Assembly: GCA_020137815.1 (NCBI GenBank)
Contig: CM035362.1
Location: 1,364,001 to 1,428,000 of the forward strand
Direction of reading: 5' to 3'
Origin: Hormiphora californensis
Taxonomy: Eukaryota > Animalia > Ctenophora
DNA: 64,000 bases
In this document: in pieces, positions 33,643 to 48,600 of the stretch
Layout: every line of letters starts with the position of its first letter
How positions within the stretch are numbered: the stretch's first letter is position 1
Notes under the pieces: generated by a model
Databases searched by the model: none
What the model was told of the DNA's origin: nothing
What the model saw: only the letters and a program-made list of their open reading frames with translations
Position numbers and translations under genes: made by a program

Positions 33643-36600
33643 TCATCTTGAGTCCCTCATTGTCCGCTTACTAAATCTCACAGTCCCGCCAGATCCAGGA
33701 TGGCCCCCTCCCGATGGGGAGGGTGGGCCCATTAACCCACCATCCCCACCCAACCCCCCTGAGCCACCTAGGTACATCTGACTCTGAGTCTTTCGAAGGG
33801 AGTGCATTTTGTTTTTCGTCGAGAAAGCTCGTGACATGCTTCGTTTGGCAAAGTTGAAGATGTTTGGTTTTGATGAGCTGCTTCCTCCACCGCCCGATAG
33901 ATGTTTTGATGAAGGAGCAGGGATCTTGGGGTGAACCTGGAGTGATTCCTCCAGTTGAGCTTGGCAAATTTGCACGTCTTCATCGATGGTTTTGAGGGTA
34001 AAACACCGTTTACTGAGGTTAACTGCTTCCACAAGGGCCTGATGCCACTCTGAGCGTCGCACCTCAATGTCTTGGGATGGCTCCTCGCTGAGGATTTTAA
34101 ACCTGGGGAAATGCAGATCGTTAGTAAGGGTTATATTTTTGATAGGGTGACAGTTAAAACGCTAAATGTACTAAAATGTACTGCATAATAAAATGTATAA
34201 CTCACGCTATAGTGTATTCCAGTTTAGCATCAGTAGAACTCTTCCCCTTTTCATCTCCCTTCTTGGCTTCACACATCCTAGCGTTATAAGTTAGACCCAT
34301 TACATCACCTGAAAAGGAGAGTGTCAGCAGAAATATCGGTCTTATCGTTGGGTACTTGATCGTTTAGGGTACTTTGGTAGTGGTAAAACCACTAAAATGT
34401 CACAAGTTTTTGAATTGTCACTCTTCACACTCACAGAGTGTGTATTTGAAAGGGAGTGGGATAGGTTCATGAGTATTATTAGCTAGATCAACATACCATT
34501 ATCGAATACTGAGAACACATGTGTTACAGCTCTCAGAGGAATGTGAAGGACGTGTTTGTATGTGGTCCTTTTCAAGGCCTTGTCTAGACCCCCACCACCA
34601 CTCACACTACCAGTCTTTATCTTCGGTCTTGTTATCTGGGAAATGTGGTCTGGTTAATAAGTTGAGTGATTTGTACAGAAGAAAAGAAAGAAACGGTTGA
34701 ATATAAAATGGAAAAAAGAATGATGGGAAAAGAGCTAAAGAAATAAAGTCATCGTTACCTCCAAGACAGAATCCTCAGTAGGGGCGAGATTCTCCTTGGC
34801 CCCATCAATCACCATGAGAAAGAGAGACGCATACCCGTCCTGTTGTAGAGTATGGATCTCACATAGGGATAGGGCATTGCAACGTTGTGTTAGTTGGAGT
34901 CTATTGACGGATATCTGGTGCATCTGGAAATGGAGTTTAGTGTGATAGAGAGGGAGGGAATGTAAGACAACATTTGGAATGAATTCTCCATGCAAGGAGA
35001 TCAGGAATAGTAAATACAGAAAATTGGGGGAATTAAGAAACTATCTGGGAAATTGACACGCACCGGTAATCCTGAGATATCTTTCAGGGTTTCCAAAAAT
35101 GAATATTTGTCATCGATAATCTTCTTTTTCTCATTCAAATGAGTGGTCCGTGCTTTGAATTCATCTTGAACTAATCGCAGCATTTTGTAATCCGGGTGGG
35201 CACTGTCTGTTTTAGCTAAAATCGCATCTGGAGGAGAGTTTGTGTAAAGATACAATTATGCAAACTATATGGTGGTTATCTAAAATGTGAGGTACCAGGC
35301 AATTCAAAGGAAAAAAAACACCAATAAATTGGAAATTGTAATATTGTACTGGGTGTTCATTTTGGATCTTTACAAGCGTTGGCCGTTGGCCTTCACCCAG
35401 AAAAAAGTTGACAAGATCAGGTCATGAAACTTCATACTTGGACTATTCTATACCCTCATTCAAGGTTCCTGGGGTTTTTGGACTTTAGGACCCCAGGAAG
35501 TGTGTTTTTGGCATCAAAACTACCAGAAGGAATTTTTTGCTGGTGCTGAGACGTTGCTAAAATGTTTTTTGGGTATTTTATATGACAATCCTAAAGTTTC
35601 ATAGAGATTGGATGTGTTTTTCGGACTCAAAATTTCGATAAAAGTGGCTGGAAAGGCTCGAAAATAGCTCAAAAACGGCTAAAATTGAGTCTTTCCAGCC
35701 ACTTTTTACGAAATTTTGAGTCTGAAAAACACATCCAATCTCTATGAAACTTTAGGATTGACATAGAAAATACCCAAAAAACATTTTAGCAAAGTCTCCG
35801 CACCAGCAAAAAATTCCTTCTGGTAGTTTTGATGCCAAAAACACACTTCCAGGGGTCCTAAAGCTCCAAAAACCCCAGGAACCTTGAATGAGGGTATAGA
35901 ATAGTCCAAGTATGAAGTTTCATGACCTAATCGTGTCAACTTTTTTCTGGGTGAAGCCCAACGCTTGTAAAGATCCAAAATGAACACCCTGTACAAGGGA
36001 GGGGAAAGGGGTACAGTTATTTGTTTAAACTCTATCTCGCTTACCTAGAAGAAGAATCATACGCGGTAATCGCTGGACTGGCTCAATCATAAGATCTCGT
36101 AGGCTCAACCTGTGGTTCTCTCGCTTTGATCCCTCAACCTTCAACAACGCCTTGAACCTGGATGGGCAAATTAGGAAAGTGGGGTTCTAAATTACAGGCC
36201 CAGGGGAGTACGTAATTGCAGATCTGTAGGTTAAGGTAAGCATTTGAACATCAGAGAGTTTGAAAGATATTTAAGGAGGATCTTATACATAACATACCGG
36301 TAGTTGCTTGCCTCAAATCGACCAATCATTGAACTGATATCCTCTTTAGCTGTCAGATACGAGGTGTAGACTTTCTGAAAACATGATAAAACTTAGTTCA
36401 ACCTCTACTTTATATTGTACGAGTCCTAACAACTTGAGAATAAGATGGGGTACCCTTATATTTTACTTCATCATCACTCATTTAAATTAATCACTTACCA
36501 AAACATCGATTTGTGTGTTCCTATCTCCTGATGCCTCCCCACTAGGTTTTCGTGCCCCGGCTGTGCTGTCTCGCTGTTGTTTCGTCATGTGGTAATCCTT

Positions 36601-39600
36601 GTACTCGTTCCTTCCGTAACTGGGGAGAATGTAGTGGAAGAAGAGGAGGAATGAAGGGTGTGGGGGGAAGAAGAGAAGAGGAAGAGGAGGAAGAGTGAGG
36701 GAGGGGAAGGGTGAGTGGTTGAGAGTCTCTCAAAGTCAACCACTCACCCTCCTCCTCAGTGAGAGAGGAGAGGGAATGGAGGAGTGAGAGGATGAGATGG
36801 AGATGTTCACATTTCCTAAACTCTTTTGACTTCATTATCTTTGATCTACTACCAGGATGTCACCCCACAATGACCCTCCATCTTCCCAGTAACTCACCTA
36901 AATCCCTCTAGGATCCTGTCCCGGTGTGCAGCGCTCATCTCCCTAATCTCCACCAATCTTCCATCACTGCTCAACTCCCTTCCCACCCAGTTCAGGAGTA
37001 TCCTTCCAAAACTGAGCTGGGCAGGTGAGGTTGAGATACTTTGCCGGGTTTTACTTGCCCTAATCTCCTCTATCTTTTGTTCTTCTTGCCGCTTCTCGTA
37101 GAGACCTGAAAGGGGAGGGTGGAGATTGGAATGGGTTGTTTCAACTTGCACACCGTACTGGTAGGGAGGGAATAAGGGAAAACGAGAGATACTCGTTGTC
37201 TCACAAAAGACTTCCCTTTCCGAACCGGGTCGAAGAAACAGGAATGTAGTATGACAACCATTTAGTAACTATGGTAACCATTTAGTAACTATGGCAACCA
37301 TTTAGTAAGTCACTTACGAAGATGCTGAACCAATGCCTCGTGTGCAATTCTAATAGGAGGAATCTTGTTGAAAATACGATAGTTATCCAGGATAGAAATA
37401 TGGTTGTGAGCGGGGGCTGTTTCATCCCAGACAGCCTTGTAGATTTGGGTGTAGTAGTTCTGGGAGGAGAGGGGCAGGTTAAAAGATAGTTTAGTTGGAG
37501 AGGGACAAAAATATTTTATAAAGGTAAGGGTATGAACTTGGGAGTATCAACAAGAGAATCAATACTATCAAAATCCTATTTCCGTCTTGCCTCTTTCACC
37601 ACTGCACCAATCTAAGGCCCTTAGGTTAGTAAGGGTTAGAACAACTTGGACTCCAGCTTGGAGTCTTCTTTCACCACACCAAGAAGGAGTTAGAACAGTT
37701 TGGAGCCACAAATTACCTTTTCTATGATTCGTAAATGTTCAACATAACTTTCCTCCGTTCGAATGAATTCAGAGATTATCATGTCTCTCTTCTCTGGGAC
37801 CTGCAAAATTGTAATCAATTGTTATGTAGCTGAGTAGAGCGGGAGTAGAGCCCAATTAGGTCCAATTTAAGATATCTAAATCATACTATTATTAAAGCAA
37901 ATAGGGAAATGATGGGTGATGGTTTTTTTACCAAATATGGCACAAAATTCCTGGAAATGGCCTTTTGCACGTGTTGTCCCTAGAGGGACCCTGGCAGCCT
38001 GCCAGCTTGAGCCTTAAACTGCACGTGCATCCTTGATTCATCTCTCTGCCGGTTGTGTGATTGATCGTTTGCTCGATTTGATCTGTTCACCCCCTGTTTA
38101 CCACGTTTCGTGAACATGACTACTCAACTTCAACACAATCGCCAGCGAGTTTGGAGGAGCCATATGTCCCAAACTGACGCTGACGCCTATAGACTACGTG
38201 ATAGAATCCTACAAAAGAGGTGATTATTATTCAAACAAGAATTATTGCATTATGTATTCATAATGCGGTGTTTCCCTGCCCTCCGTCGACAGGATCAGTA
38301 TCACACTATCAGTATCACAATATCAAGGCTTGGTCACAATGTGAGATGCATGCGTCCTGTATGTATGCAGTTACACAGCTGTTTTACTCTACCCTCACCC
38401 CTTCAGCAACAGTGTTGTGAGCGCCGCGCACAGCTTTGAAAAATAAGCGTCCTGACATCATATTTCATCAAAACAGTTATTTGATTTTATGAAGGAGCAG
38501 TTACTATGCTGCTACCGTGACACACGCGATTTTGACCACGCTCGAGTTACTATTTCAAATCCGAGATTTCTAAACCCTTTATGATCTTTTTAGCACACGT
38601 GCTAAAACGATCATCCGGGTGGATGCCCTTCGGGCATCCACCCGGGCAGGGAAAAAATGTTGTCAACACACGTAATAACAAAGTATCAATGGCACTAATA
38701 AGAAATGGCAGTAATACGTGAAAGTATTTTGCAAATGTGCTCCTTCATAAAATACTTCAGGACCTGGCAAAAGAGGACCCGTGGTTTTTCTGTCGAAAGA
38801 ATCGCTGTGGTTAATTTACTGATTTAAAAAATTTCAAATGATACTACACTATTTGCTTAGTTTACTGTATGACCATTGACCATCCCCGACATTCGCCCGT
38901 AGGGCGAGCGGGCTTACTAGTGTAATCAATTGTAGCTGAGTAGATAGATAGATATAATTGATAGAGTTGGATTCCCATTGACCGGGATCAGCGGGATGCT
39001 CGGGGGGGGGGGGGGGAAGAACTTTCCCGGTAAATCGAGGTGCCCGGTATATGGGTAACTGTAAGCATTGCTGTACTTATTGCTTTGCTGTTTTTTTCTG
39101 CTTCTTTTTTTCTACATCTCTCTATCTAAACTGTCCTCTATCCCGATTCCCACCAGCTAAATCTAGCTAAATCAGCTGAGTCCCGTTAGCTCTCGCTCTC
39201 ATCTGCTGATTCAGTCTGCTCTCTTTCATTTTCACTCTCTTATTGTCTGTATTCCCATATGATCTAGATCTATATACTTCGCTGATTTCTCTCCCTTCCT
39301 TTAACACTTAGAATGCAAGGACACACATTTGGGCGCCCCTATATTTACTACTCCGTTCCTAAGATGATTTACGATTTTGGATTCATGGCTGTAACCAATA
39401 AGGCCCAATTAAGAATGCTCTTGTCAACTAACTCTTGTCAGACCCCGATTGACAAGGATGCTCGGCCGATCGGGGAAACAGTTTCCCCCGGTAAATTGAG
39501 GTGCCCGGTATTATATGGGGGTTGGGGGTGCCGGGTGAAGCATTTTAACCCACTAGACGTGCATGACAATTACAGTGATCATGCGACATAATTGTCACAG

Positions 39601-42600
39601 CTCGACGTGGGATTCGACGTGGAATTTGAAGTGCGCATTCGTCGTGAGAGAGACGTAAAGACTAAGGAGAACGAAGAGTTGAAGCGCAACAGCATTTGCT
39701 AAGTGCAGCGGGTCTCTCTCATCTGGTCGAATCCTACGTCGGATTATATCGGATGACCACTGTTTCTCTTCACGATAATTTTATTTATTCCAAAGGAGTT
39801 AAGTGGTTAGATGGGAAGAGAGGGAAGAGTAATTATATAAGCTTTGGGGTTATCAGTCATTGGTTCGGGAGAGAAGGGAAGCTAGAGAGAGAGAAGAATC
39901 TTCTAACTGAGAGGTACAGCTTACTACACGCTCAGCACAAAAATGGGAAACAGCACGGGGGAGAGGATCAGAGAACATGTTACTCTTGATAGGGAGAAAA
40001 CTGGGAGGACCGATAAGCTCAAAAAGAGCTAGAGAGGGCAAGCTATGTGTAGTGATTTATTGTAGCTTGGAGCTCTCTAAAAATCGTGCTTAGAATAGCA
40101 ATAACACTTTTTGTTTGCTCCATCCTTTTGCTCTCCAAAGTGCTACGAACTGCCATCGAGAGATCTCTTTCTCCAAGATCAGCTAGTGTTTTTACCAGTG
40201 GCATATTTTATTTTTGAAGTAATACCAGATACTGAATTCAGAATTATATCAATAACATTTTAGTGTACATTTTCATTTCTAAATCCCTTAGGGCTTAACT
40301 TTGTTTTTTATATTAGAGAAAACGTTATCCAAGAGCAATCAGAAAAATGATTTATACCATACTCTTTCTCCTCATTTTCTGTCGGACAGGTATGAGATAT
40401 TCATCATTTGAATTTTACTTAGAATGTTATTTATAGCCTGTTAGAACGTAGTTTATTGATTTCACTATTTCAGATTGTAGCTCTCTGCCAGACCTTGGAG
40501 TTGAACAAAATGAAAAGGATCCCATCGAGCCAAATATAGTTGATCCTGATCCTGTGGTTGATCCTGATCCTGTGGTTGATCCTGATCCAGTGGTTGACCC
40601 TGATCCTGTGGTTGATCCTGATCCTGTGGTTGATCCTGATCCTGTGGTTGATCCTGATCCTGTGGTTGATCCTGATCCTGTGGTTGATCCTGAACATGTG
40701 GTTGATCCTGATCCTGTGGTTGATCCTGATCCTGTGGTTGATCCTGATCCAGTGGTTGATCCTGAACCTGTGGTTGATCCTGAGCCTGTGGTTGATCCTG
40801 ATCCTGTGGTTGATCCTGAGCCTGTGGTTGATCCTGATCCTGTAGTTGATCCTGATCCTGTGTTTGATCCTGATCCTGTGGTTGATCCTGATCCTGTGGT
40901 TGATCCTGATCCAGTGGTTGATCCTGAGCCTGTGGTTAATCCTGAACCTGTGGTTGATCCTGAACCTGTGGTTGATCCTGATCCTGTGGTTGATCCTGAT
41001 CCTGTGGTTGACCCTGATCCTGTGGTTGATCCTGATCCTGTGGTTGATCCTGAACCTGTGGTTGATCCTGAGCCTGTGGTTGATCCTGATCCTGTGGTTG
41101 ATCCTGATCCTGTGGTTGATCCTGAGCCTGTGGTTGATCCTGATCCTGTGGTTGATCCTGAGCCTGTGGTTGATCCTGATCCTGTGGTTGATCCTGATCC
41201 TGTGGTTGATCCTGATCCTGTGGTTGACCCTGATCCTGTGGTTGATCCTGAACCTGTGGTTGATCCTGAACCTGTGGTTGATCCTGATCCTGTGGTTGAT
41301 CCTGATCCAGTGGTTGATCCTGATCCTGTGGTTGATCCTGATCCTGTGGTTGATCCTGATCCTGTGGTTGATCCTGATCATGTGGTTGATCCTGATCCTG
41401 TGGTTGATCCTGATCCTGTGGTTGATCCTGATCCATGTGGTTGATCCTGATCCTGTGGTTGATCCTGATCCTGTGGTTGATCCTGATCCTGTGGTTGATC
41501 CTGATCCTGTGGTTGATCCTGATCCTGTGGTTGATCCTGATCCTGTGGTTGATCCTGATCCTGTGGTTGATCCTGATCCTGTGGTTGATCCTGATCCTGT
41601 GGTTGATCCTGATCCTGTGGTTGATCCTGATCCTGTGGTTGATCCTGATCCTGTGGTTGATCCCTGAACCTGTGGTTGATCCTGATCCTGTGGTTGATCC
41701 TGATCCTGTGGTTGATCCTGATCCTGTGGTTGATCCTGATCCTGTGGTTGATCCTGATCCTGTGGTTGATCCTGATCCTGTGGTTGATCCTGATCCTGTG
41801 GTTGATCCTGATCCTGTGGTTGATCCTGATCCTGTGGTTGATCCTGATCCTGTGGTTGATCCTGATCCTGTGGTTGATCCTGATCCTGTGGTTGATCCTG
41901 ATCCTGTGGTTGATCCTGATCCTGTGGTTGATCCTGATCCTGTGGTTGATCCTGATCCTGTGGTTGATCCTGATCCTGTGGTTGATCCTAATCCTGTGGT
42001 TGATCCTGATCCTGTGGTTGATCCTGATCCTATAGTTGATCCTGATCCTGATCCTGTAGTTGATCCTGATCCTGTGGTTGATCCTGATCCTGTGGTTGAT
42101 CCTGATCCTGTGGTTGATCCTGATCCTGTGGTTGATCCTGATCCTGTGGTTGATCCTGATCCTGTGGTTGATCCTGATCCTGTGGTTGATCCTGATCCTG
42201 TGGTTGATCCTGATCCTGTGGTTGATCCTGATCCTGTGGTTGATCCTGATCCTGTGGTTGATCCTGATCCTGTGGTTGATCCTGATCCTGTGGTTGATCC
42301 TGATCCTGTGGTTGATCCTGATCCTGTGGTTGATCCTGATCCTGTGGTTGATCCTGATCCTGTGGTTGATCCTGATCCTGTGGTTGATCCTGATCCTGTG
42401 GTTGATCCTGATCCTGTGGTTGATCCTGATCCTGTGGTTGATCCTGATCCTGTGGTTGATCCTGATCCTGTGGTTGATCCTGACCTGTGGTTGATCCTGA
42501 TCCTGTGGTTGATCCTGATCCTGTGGTTGATCCTGATCCTGTGGTTGATCCTGATCCTGTGGTTGATCCTGATCCTGTGGTTGATCCTGATCCTGTGGTT

Positions 42601-45600
42601 GATCCTGATCCTGTGGTTGATCCTGATCCTGTGGTTGATCCTGATCCTGTGGTTGATCCTGATCCTGTGGTTGATCCTGATCCTGTGGTTGATCCTGATC
42701 CTGTGGTTGATCCTGATCCTGTGGTTGATCCTGATCCTGTGGTTGATCCTGATCCTGTGGTTGATCCTGACTCTGTGGTTGATCCTGAGCCTGTGGTTGA
42801 TCCTGATCCTGTGGTTGATCCTGATCCTGTGGTTGATCCTGATCCTGTGGTTGATCCTGATCCTGTGGTTGATCCTGATCCTGTGGTTGATCCTGATCCT
42901 GTGGTTGATCCTGATCCTGTGGTTGATCCTGATCCTGTGGTTGATCCTGATCCTGTGGTTGATCCTGAGCCTGTAGTTGATCCTGATCCTGTGGTTGACC
43001 CTGATCCTGTGGTTGACCCTGATCCTGATCCTGTGGTTGATCCTGATCCTGTGGTTGATCCTGATCCTGTGGTTGATCCTGATCCTGTGGTTGATCCTGA
43101 TCCTGTGGTTGATCCTGATCCTGTGGTTGATCCTGAACCTGTGGTTGATCCTGATCCTGTGGTTGATCCTGATCCTGTGGTTGATCCTGATCCTGTGGTT
43201 GATCCTGATCCTGTGGTTGATCCTGATCCTGTGGTTGATCCTGATCCTGTGGTTGATCCTGATCCTGTGGTTGATCCTGATCCTGTGGTTGATCCTGATC
43301 CTGTGGTTGATCCTGATCCTGTGGTTGATCCTGATCCTGTGGTTGATCCTGATCCTGTGGTTGATCCTGATCCTGTGGTTGATCCTGATCCTGTGGTTGA
43401 TCCTGATCCTGTGGTTGATCCTGATCCTGTGGTTGATCCTGATCCTGTGGTTGATCCTGAATCCTGTGGTTGATCCTGAACCTGTGGTTGATCCTGATCC
43501 TGTGGTTGATCCTGATCCTGTGGTTGATCCTGATCCTGTGGTTGATCCTGATCCTGTGGTTGATCCTGATCCTGTGGTTGATCCCTGATCCTGTGGTTGA
43601 TCCTGACCTGTGGTTGATCCTGAACCTGTGGTTGATCCTGAGCCTGTGGTTGATCCTGATCCTGTAGTTGATCCTGACTCTGTGGTTGATCCTGAGCCTG
43701 TGGTTGATCCTGATCCTGTGGTTGATCCTGATCCTGTGGTTGATCCTGATCCAGTGGTTGATCCTGATCCTGTGGTTGATCCTGATCCTGTGGTTGATCC
43801 TGAACCTGTGGTTGATCCTGAGCCTGTGGTTGATCCTGAGCCTGTGGTTGATCCTGATCCTGTGGTTGATCCTGATCCTGTGGTTGATCCTGAACCTGTG
43901 GTTGATCCTGATCCTGTGGTTGATCCTGACCCAGTGGTTGATCCCTGATCCTGTGGTTAATCCTGAACCTGTGGTTGATCCTGAACCTGTGGTTGATCCT
44001 GAACCTGTGGTTGATCCTGAATCCTGTGGTTGATCCTGATCCCTGTGGTTGATCCTGATCCTGTGGTTGATCCTGATCCTGTGGTTGATCCTGATCCTGT
44101 GGTTGATCCTGATCCTGTGGTTGATCCTGATCCTGTGGTTGATCCTGATCCTGTGGTTGATCCTGATCCTGTGGTTGATCCTGATCCTGTGGTTGATCCT
44201 GATCCTGTGGTTGATCCTGATCCTGTGGTTGATCCTGATCCTGTGGTTGATCCTGATCCTGTGGTTGATCCTGATCCTGTGGTTGATCCTGATCCTGTGG
44301 TTGATCCTGATCCTGTGGTTGATCCTGATCCTGTGGTTGATCCTGATCCTGTGGTTGATCCTGATCCTGTGGTTGATCCTGAGCCTGTGGTTGATCCTGA
44401 TCCTGTGGTTGATCCTGATCCTGTGGTTGATCCTGATCCTGTGGTTGATCCTGAACCTGTGGTTGATCCTGATCCTGTGGTTGATCCTGATCCTGTGGTT
44501 GATCCTGATCCTGTGGTTGATCCTGACCTGTGGTTGATCCTGAACCTGTGGTTGATCCTGATCCTGTGGTTGACCCTGATCCTGTGGTTGATCCTGAACC
44601 TGTGGTTGACCCTGATCCTGTGGTTGATCCTGATCCTGTGGTTGATCCTGATCCTGTGGTTGATCCTGAACCTGTGGTTGATCCTGATCCTGTGGTTGAT
44701 CCTGATCCTGTGGTTGATCCTGATCCTGTGGTTGATCCTGATCCTGTGGTTGATCCTGATCCTGTGGTTGATCCTGATCCTGTGGTTGATCCTGATCCTG
44801 TGGTTGATCCTGATCCTGTGGTTGATCCTGATCCTGTGGTTGATCCTGAACCTGTGGTTGATCCTGATCCTGTGGTTGATCCTGATCCTGTGGTTGATCC
44901 TGATCCTGTGGTTGATCCTGATCCTGTGGTTGATCCTGACCTTGTGGTTGATCCTGATCCTGTGGTTGATCCTGATCCTGTGGTTGATCCTGATCCTGTG
45001 GTTGATCCTGAACCTGTGGTTGATCCTGATCCTGTGGTTGATCCTGATCCTGTGGTTGATCCTGATCCTGTGGTTGATCCTGATCCTGTGGTTGATCCTG
45101 ATCCATGTGGTTGATCCTGATCCTGTGGTTGATCCTGATCCTGTGGTTGATCCCTGGTTGATCCTGATCCTGTGGTTGATCCTGATCCTGTGGTTGATCC
45201 TGATCCTGTGGTTGATCCTGATCCTGTGGTTGATCCTGATCCTGTGGTTGACCCTGATCCTGTGGTTGATCCTGAACCTGTGGTTGATCCTGAACCTGTG
45301 GTTGATCCTGAACCTGTGGTTGACCCTGATCCTGTGGTTGATCCTGAACCTGTGGTTGATCCTGATCATGTGGTTGATCCTGATCCTGTGGTTGATCCTG
45401 ATCCAGTGGTTGATCCTGATCCTGTGGTTGATCCTGATCCTGTGGTTGATCCTGATCCAGTGGTTGACCCTGATCCTGTGGTTGACCCTGATCCTGTGGT
45501 TGATCCTGATCCTGTGGTTGATCCTGATCCTGTAGTTGATCCTGATCATGTGGTTGATCCTGATCCTGTGGTTGATCCTGATCCTGTGGTTGATCCTGAT

Positions 45601-48600
45601 CCAGTGGTTGATCCTGAACCTGTGGTTGATCCTGAGCCTGTGGTTGATCCTGAACCTGTGGTTGATCCTGAGCCTGTGGTTGACCCTGATCCTGTGGTTG
45701 ATCCTGAACCTGTGGTTAATCCTGAACCTGTGGTTGATCCTGATCCAGTGGTTGATCCTGAACCTGTGGTTGATCCTGAGCCTGTGGTTGATCCTGATCC
45801 TGTAGTTGATCCTGATCCTGTGGTTGATCCTGAGCCTGTGGTTGATCCTGAGCCTGTGGTTGATCCTGAACCTGTGGTTGATCCTGAGCCTGTGGTTGAT
45901 CCTGATCCTGTAGTTGATCCTGATCCTGTGGTTGATCCTGAGCCTGTGGTTGATCCTGAGCCTGTGGTTGATCCTGATCCAGTGGTTGATCCTGATCCTG
46001 TGGTTGATCCTGATCCTGTGGTTGATCCTGATCCTGTGGTTGATCCTGATCCTGTGGTTGATCCTGACCCTGTGGTTGAATCCTGATCCTGTGGTTGATC
46101 CTGATCCAGTGGTTGATCCTGAGCCTGTGGTTAATCCTGAACCTGTGGTTGATCCTGAACCTGTGGTTGACCCTGACCTTGTGGTTGATCCTGATCCTGT
46201 GGTTGAACCTGATCCTGTCGTTGACCCTGATCCTGTGGTTGATCCTGATCCAGTGGTTGACCCTGATCCTGTGGTTGATCCTGTGGTTGATCCTGAACCT
46301 GTGGTTGATCCTGATCCTGTGGTTGACCCTGATCCTGTGGTTGACCCTGATCCTGTGGTTGATCCTGATCCTGTGGTTGATCCTGAACCTGTGGTTGACC
46401 CTGAACCTGTGGTTGATCCTGATCCTGTGGTTGATCCTGATCCTGTGGTTGATCCTGACCCAGTGGTTGGTCCTGAGCCTGTGGTTAATCCTGAACCTGT
46501 GGTTGATCCTGAACCTGTGGTTAATCCTGAACCTGTGGTTGATCCTGAACCTGTGGTTAATCCTGAACCTGTGGTTGACCCTGATCCTGTGGTTGATCCT
46601 GATCCTGTGGTTGATCCTGATCCAGTGGTTGATCCTGAACCTGTGGTTGACCCTGATCATTATGTTGATCCTGATCCTGTGGTTGATCCTGAGCCTGTGG
46701 TTGATCCTGATCCTGTGGTTAACTCACAGCCAGTAGTCAGAACAGCAACTTCTTTCACTAATCTAGCTCGGACAGAACATGCTATATTCTCATCTAGCTC
46801 ATTGTGGGATCTAAATAACAACCCTTTAACCCATCTTTATGATGGAATCAAGTAGGTTTACTTCATGAATCAAGCTGATTTATTTGTATCCGAGATCTAG
46901 CGTTGCTTCAAGGCCTTTTTGAGTGTCGGCCGTGATGTTCTATCTAACCACCTACCCCGCAGGACAAGTAATCCTGATAAATGGTGCTCAACACACAAAC
47001 TAGGAGTCCTATCCTGGTTTATCATTACCCTTGACAAGGACTACTATCTGGAGAAAACTGTCATAACAAATAGGGGGAATGAGGGACAGGGTTATGATTC
47101 TAGGGCTATTGGTTGTGAGATTCTAGTTGATTCCGTGGCGGTGTACAAGATTCCAAATATCCAAGTGGAGTACGATATACCAATTGACAAGGTAAGAAAT
47201 GCGCTCTTGGTCTCCACATTTCAGTGTTGCATTACTATTAAACACCTCTCCTTTTACAGATAGGAAAGACGTTCACCATTCAAAAGATGAATGAGTTCAT
47301 CAATCTTTTAGAGATTGAATTGTACGGGACTGATACCTCCTTCACTAATCTAGCTCGGACAGAACATGCTGTATTCTCTTATAGCTCATTGTGGGATCCA
47401 ACAAACAACCCTCTAACCCATCTTTATGATGGAATAAAGTAGGTCTAGTTGATTGATCGATCTTTCAAACTTATTTGTATCCGAGATCTAGCGTTGCTCT
47501 AGCGTTGCTCTAGCGAGATCTAGCGATGTTCTATAACTAGATCCACCCATGCACCCCACTGACCTCTCATCCCGCTAACCACCCACCCCGCTAACCACCC
47601 ACCCCGCAGAACAAGTAATCCTGATAAGTGGTGCTCAACTCGCAAACTAGGAGACCTATCCTGGTTTATCATTACCCTTGATAAGAACTACTATCTGGAG
47701 AAAACTGTCATAACAAATAGGGAGAATGAGGGACATGGTTATGATTCTAGGGCTATTGGTTGTGAGATTCTGGTTGATTCAATAGCGGTGTACACGATTC
47801 CAAACATCCAAGTAGAGTACGATATAGCAATTAACAAGGTAGGAAATTCGCTCTTGGTCTCTAAATAACCTCCACATTTCAGTGTTGCATTACTACTGAA
47901 CACCTTTGATCCTTTTACACTTTACAGATGGGAAAGACGTTCACCATTCAAAAGATGAATGAGTGGATCAACCTTTTAGAGATTGAATTGTACGGGATAG
48001 ATTCTACCATTAGTAAGTTGGTTCATGGGAAAATCATTGAGGGCACGTTTTTATGTTTGGGTAAACTCCGGTTGGGCTCGGGTAATTTTCTAGTAAACAA
48101 AATGGGGTCAATATGATGGCAAATATTGACACCCATTGATTCGGGGGGGGGGGGGGATTCCCATTGACCGGGATGCACGGGTGAAAGGATTTTCCCGGTA
48201 AATCGAGGTACCCGGTATATGGGCAACTGTAAGCATTGCTGTACTTATTGCACTGCTGTACTTTTTCAGCTTCTTTTTTTCTACAACTCTACTTAAACTG
48301 TCCTCTTTCACCCTCTAGACGCGCATATGCTGTTCTAAGCTAATGACACACTTATCTTTCATCACTTATCTTTCACGAGAATTTTTCCCAGAAGAGTTAA
48401 GTGGGGTAAGTGGTTAGATAAACTTTATCTAACCACTTACCCCACTTAAAGGCAAGAGTAAGCTTAGGGGTTGAATCATCAGTAATTGGTTTGGGAGAGT
48501 CTTAAGGATATAGAGAGAGAGAAGAGTCCTCTGAGGGGTACAGCTTACTGCACGCTGGGCACAAAAAGGGTAAGGCACGGGGGAGAGGATCAGAGAACTT

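Noticed and set aside
41378-45106. 1242-aa minus-strand ORF (QDQDQP/RINHRI) and LILILW frames
   Set aside because: The repeat unit lacks stops in most frames; only the VVDPDP frame connects to a signal peptide and downstream domains
40539-46720. CRISPR-like or centromeric satellite interpretation
   Set aside because: No unique spacers, eukaryotic context, and codon-patterned variation within an exon
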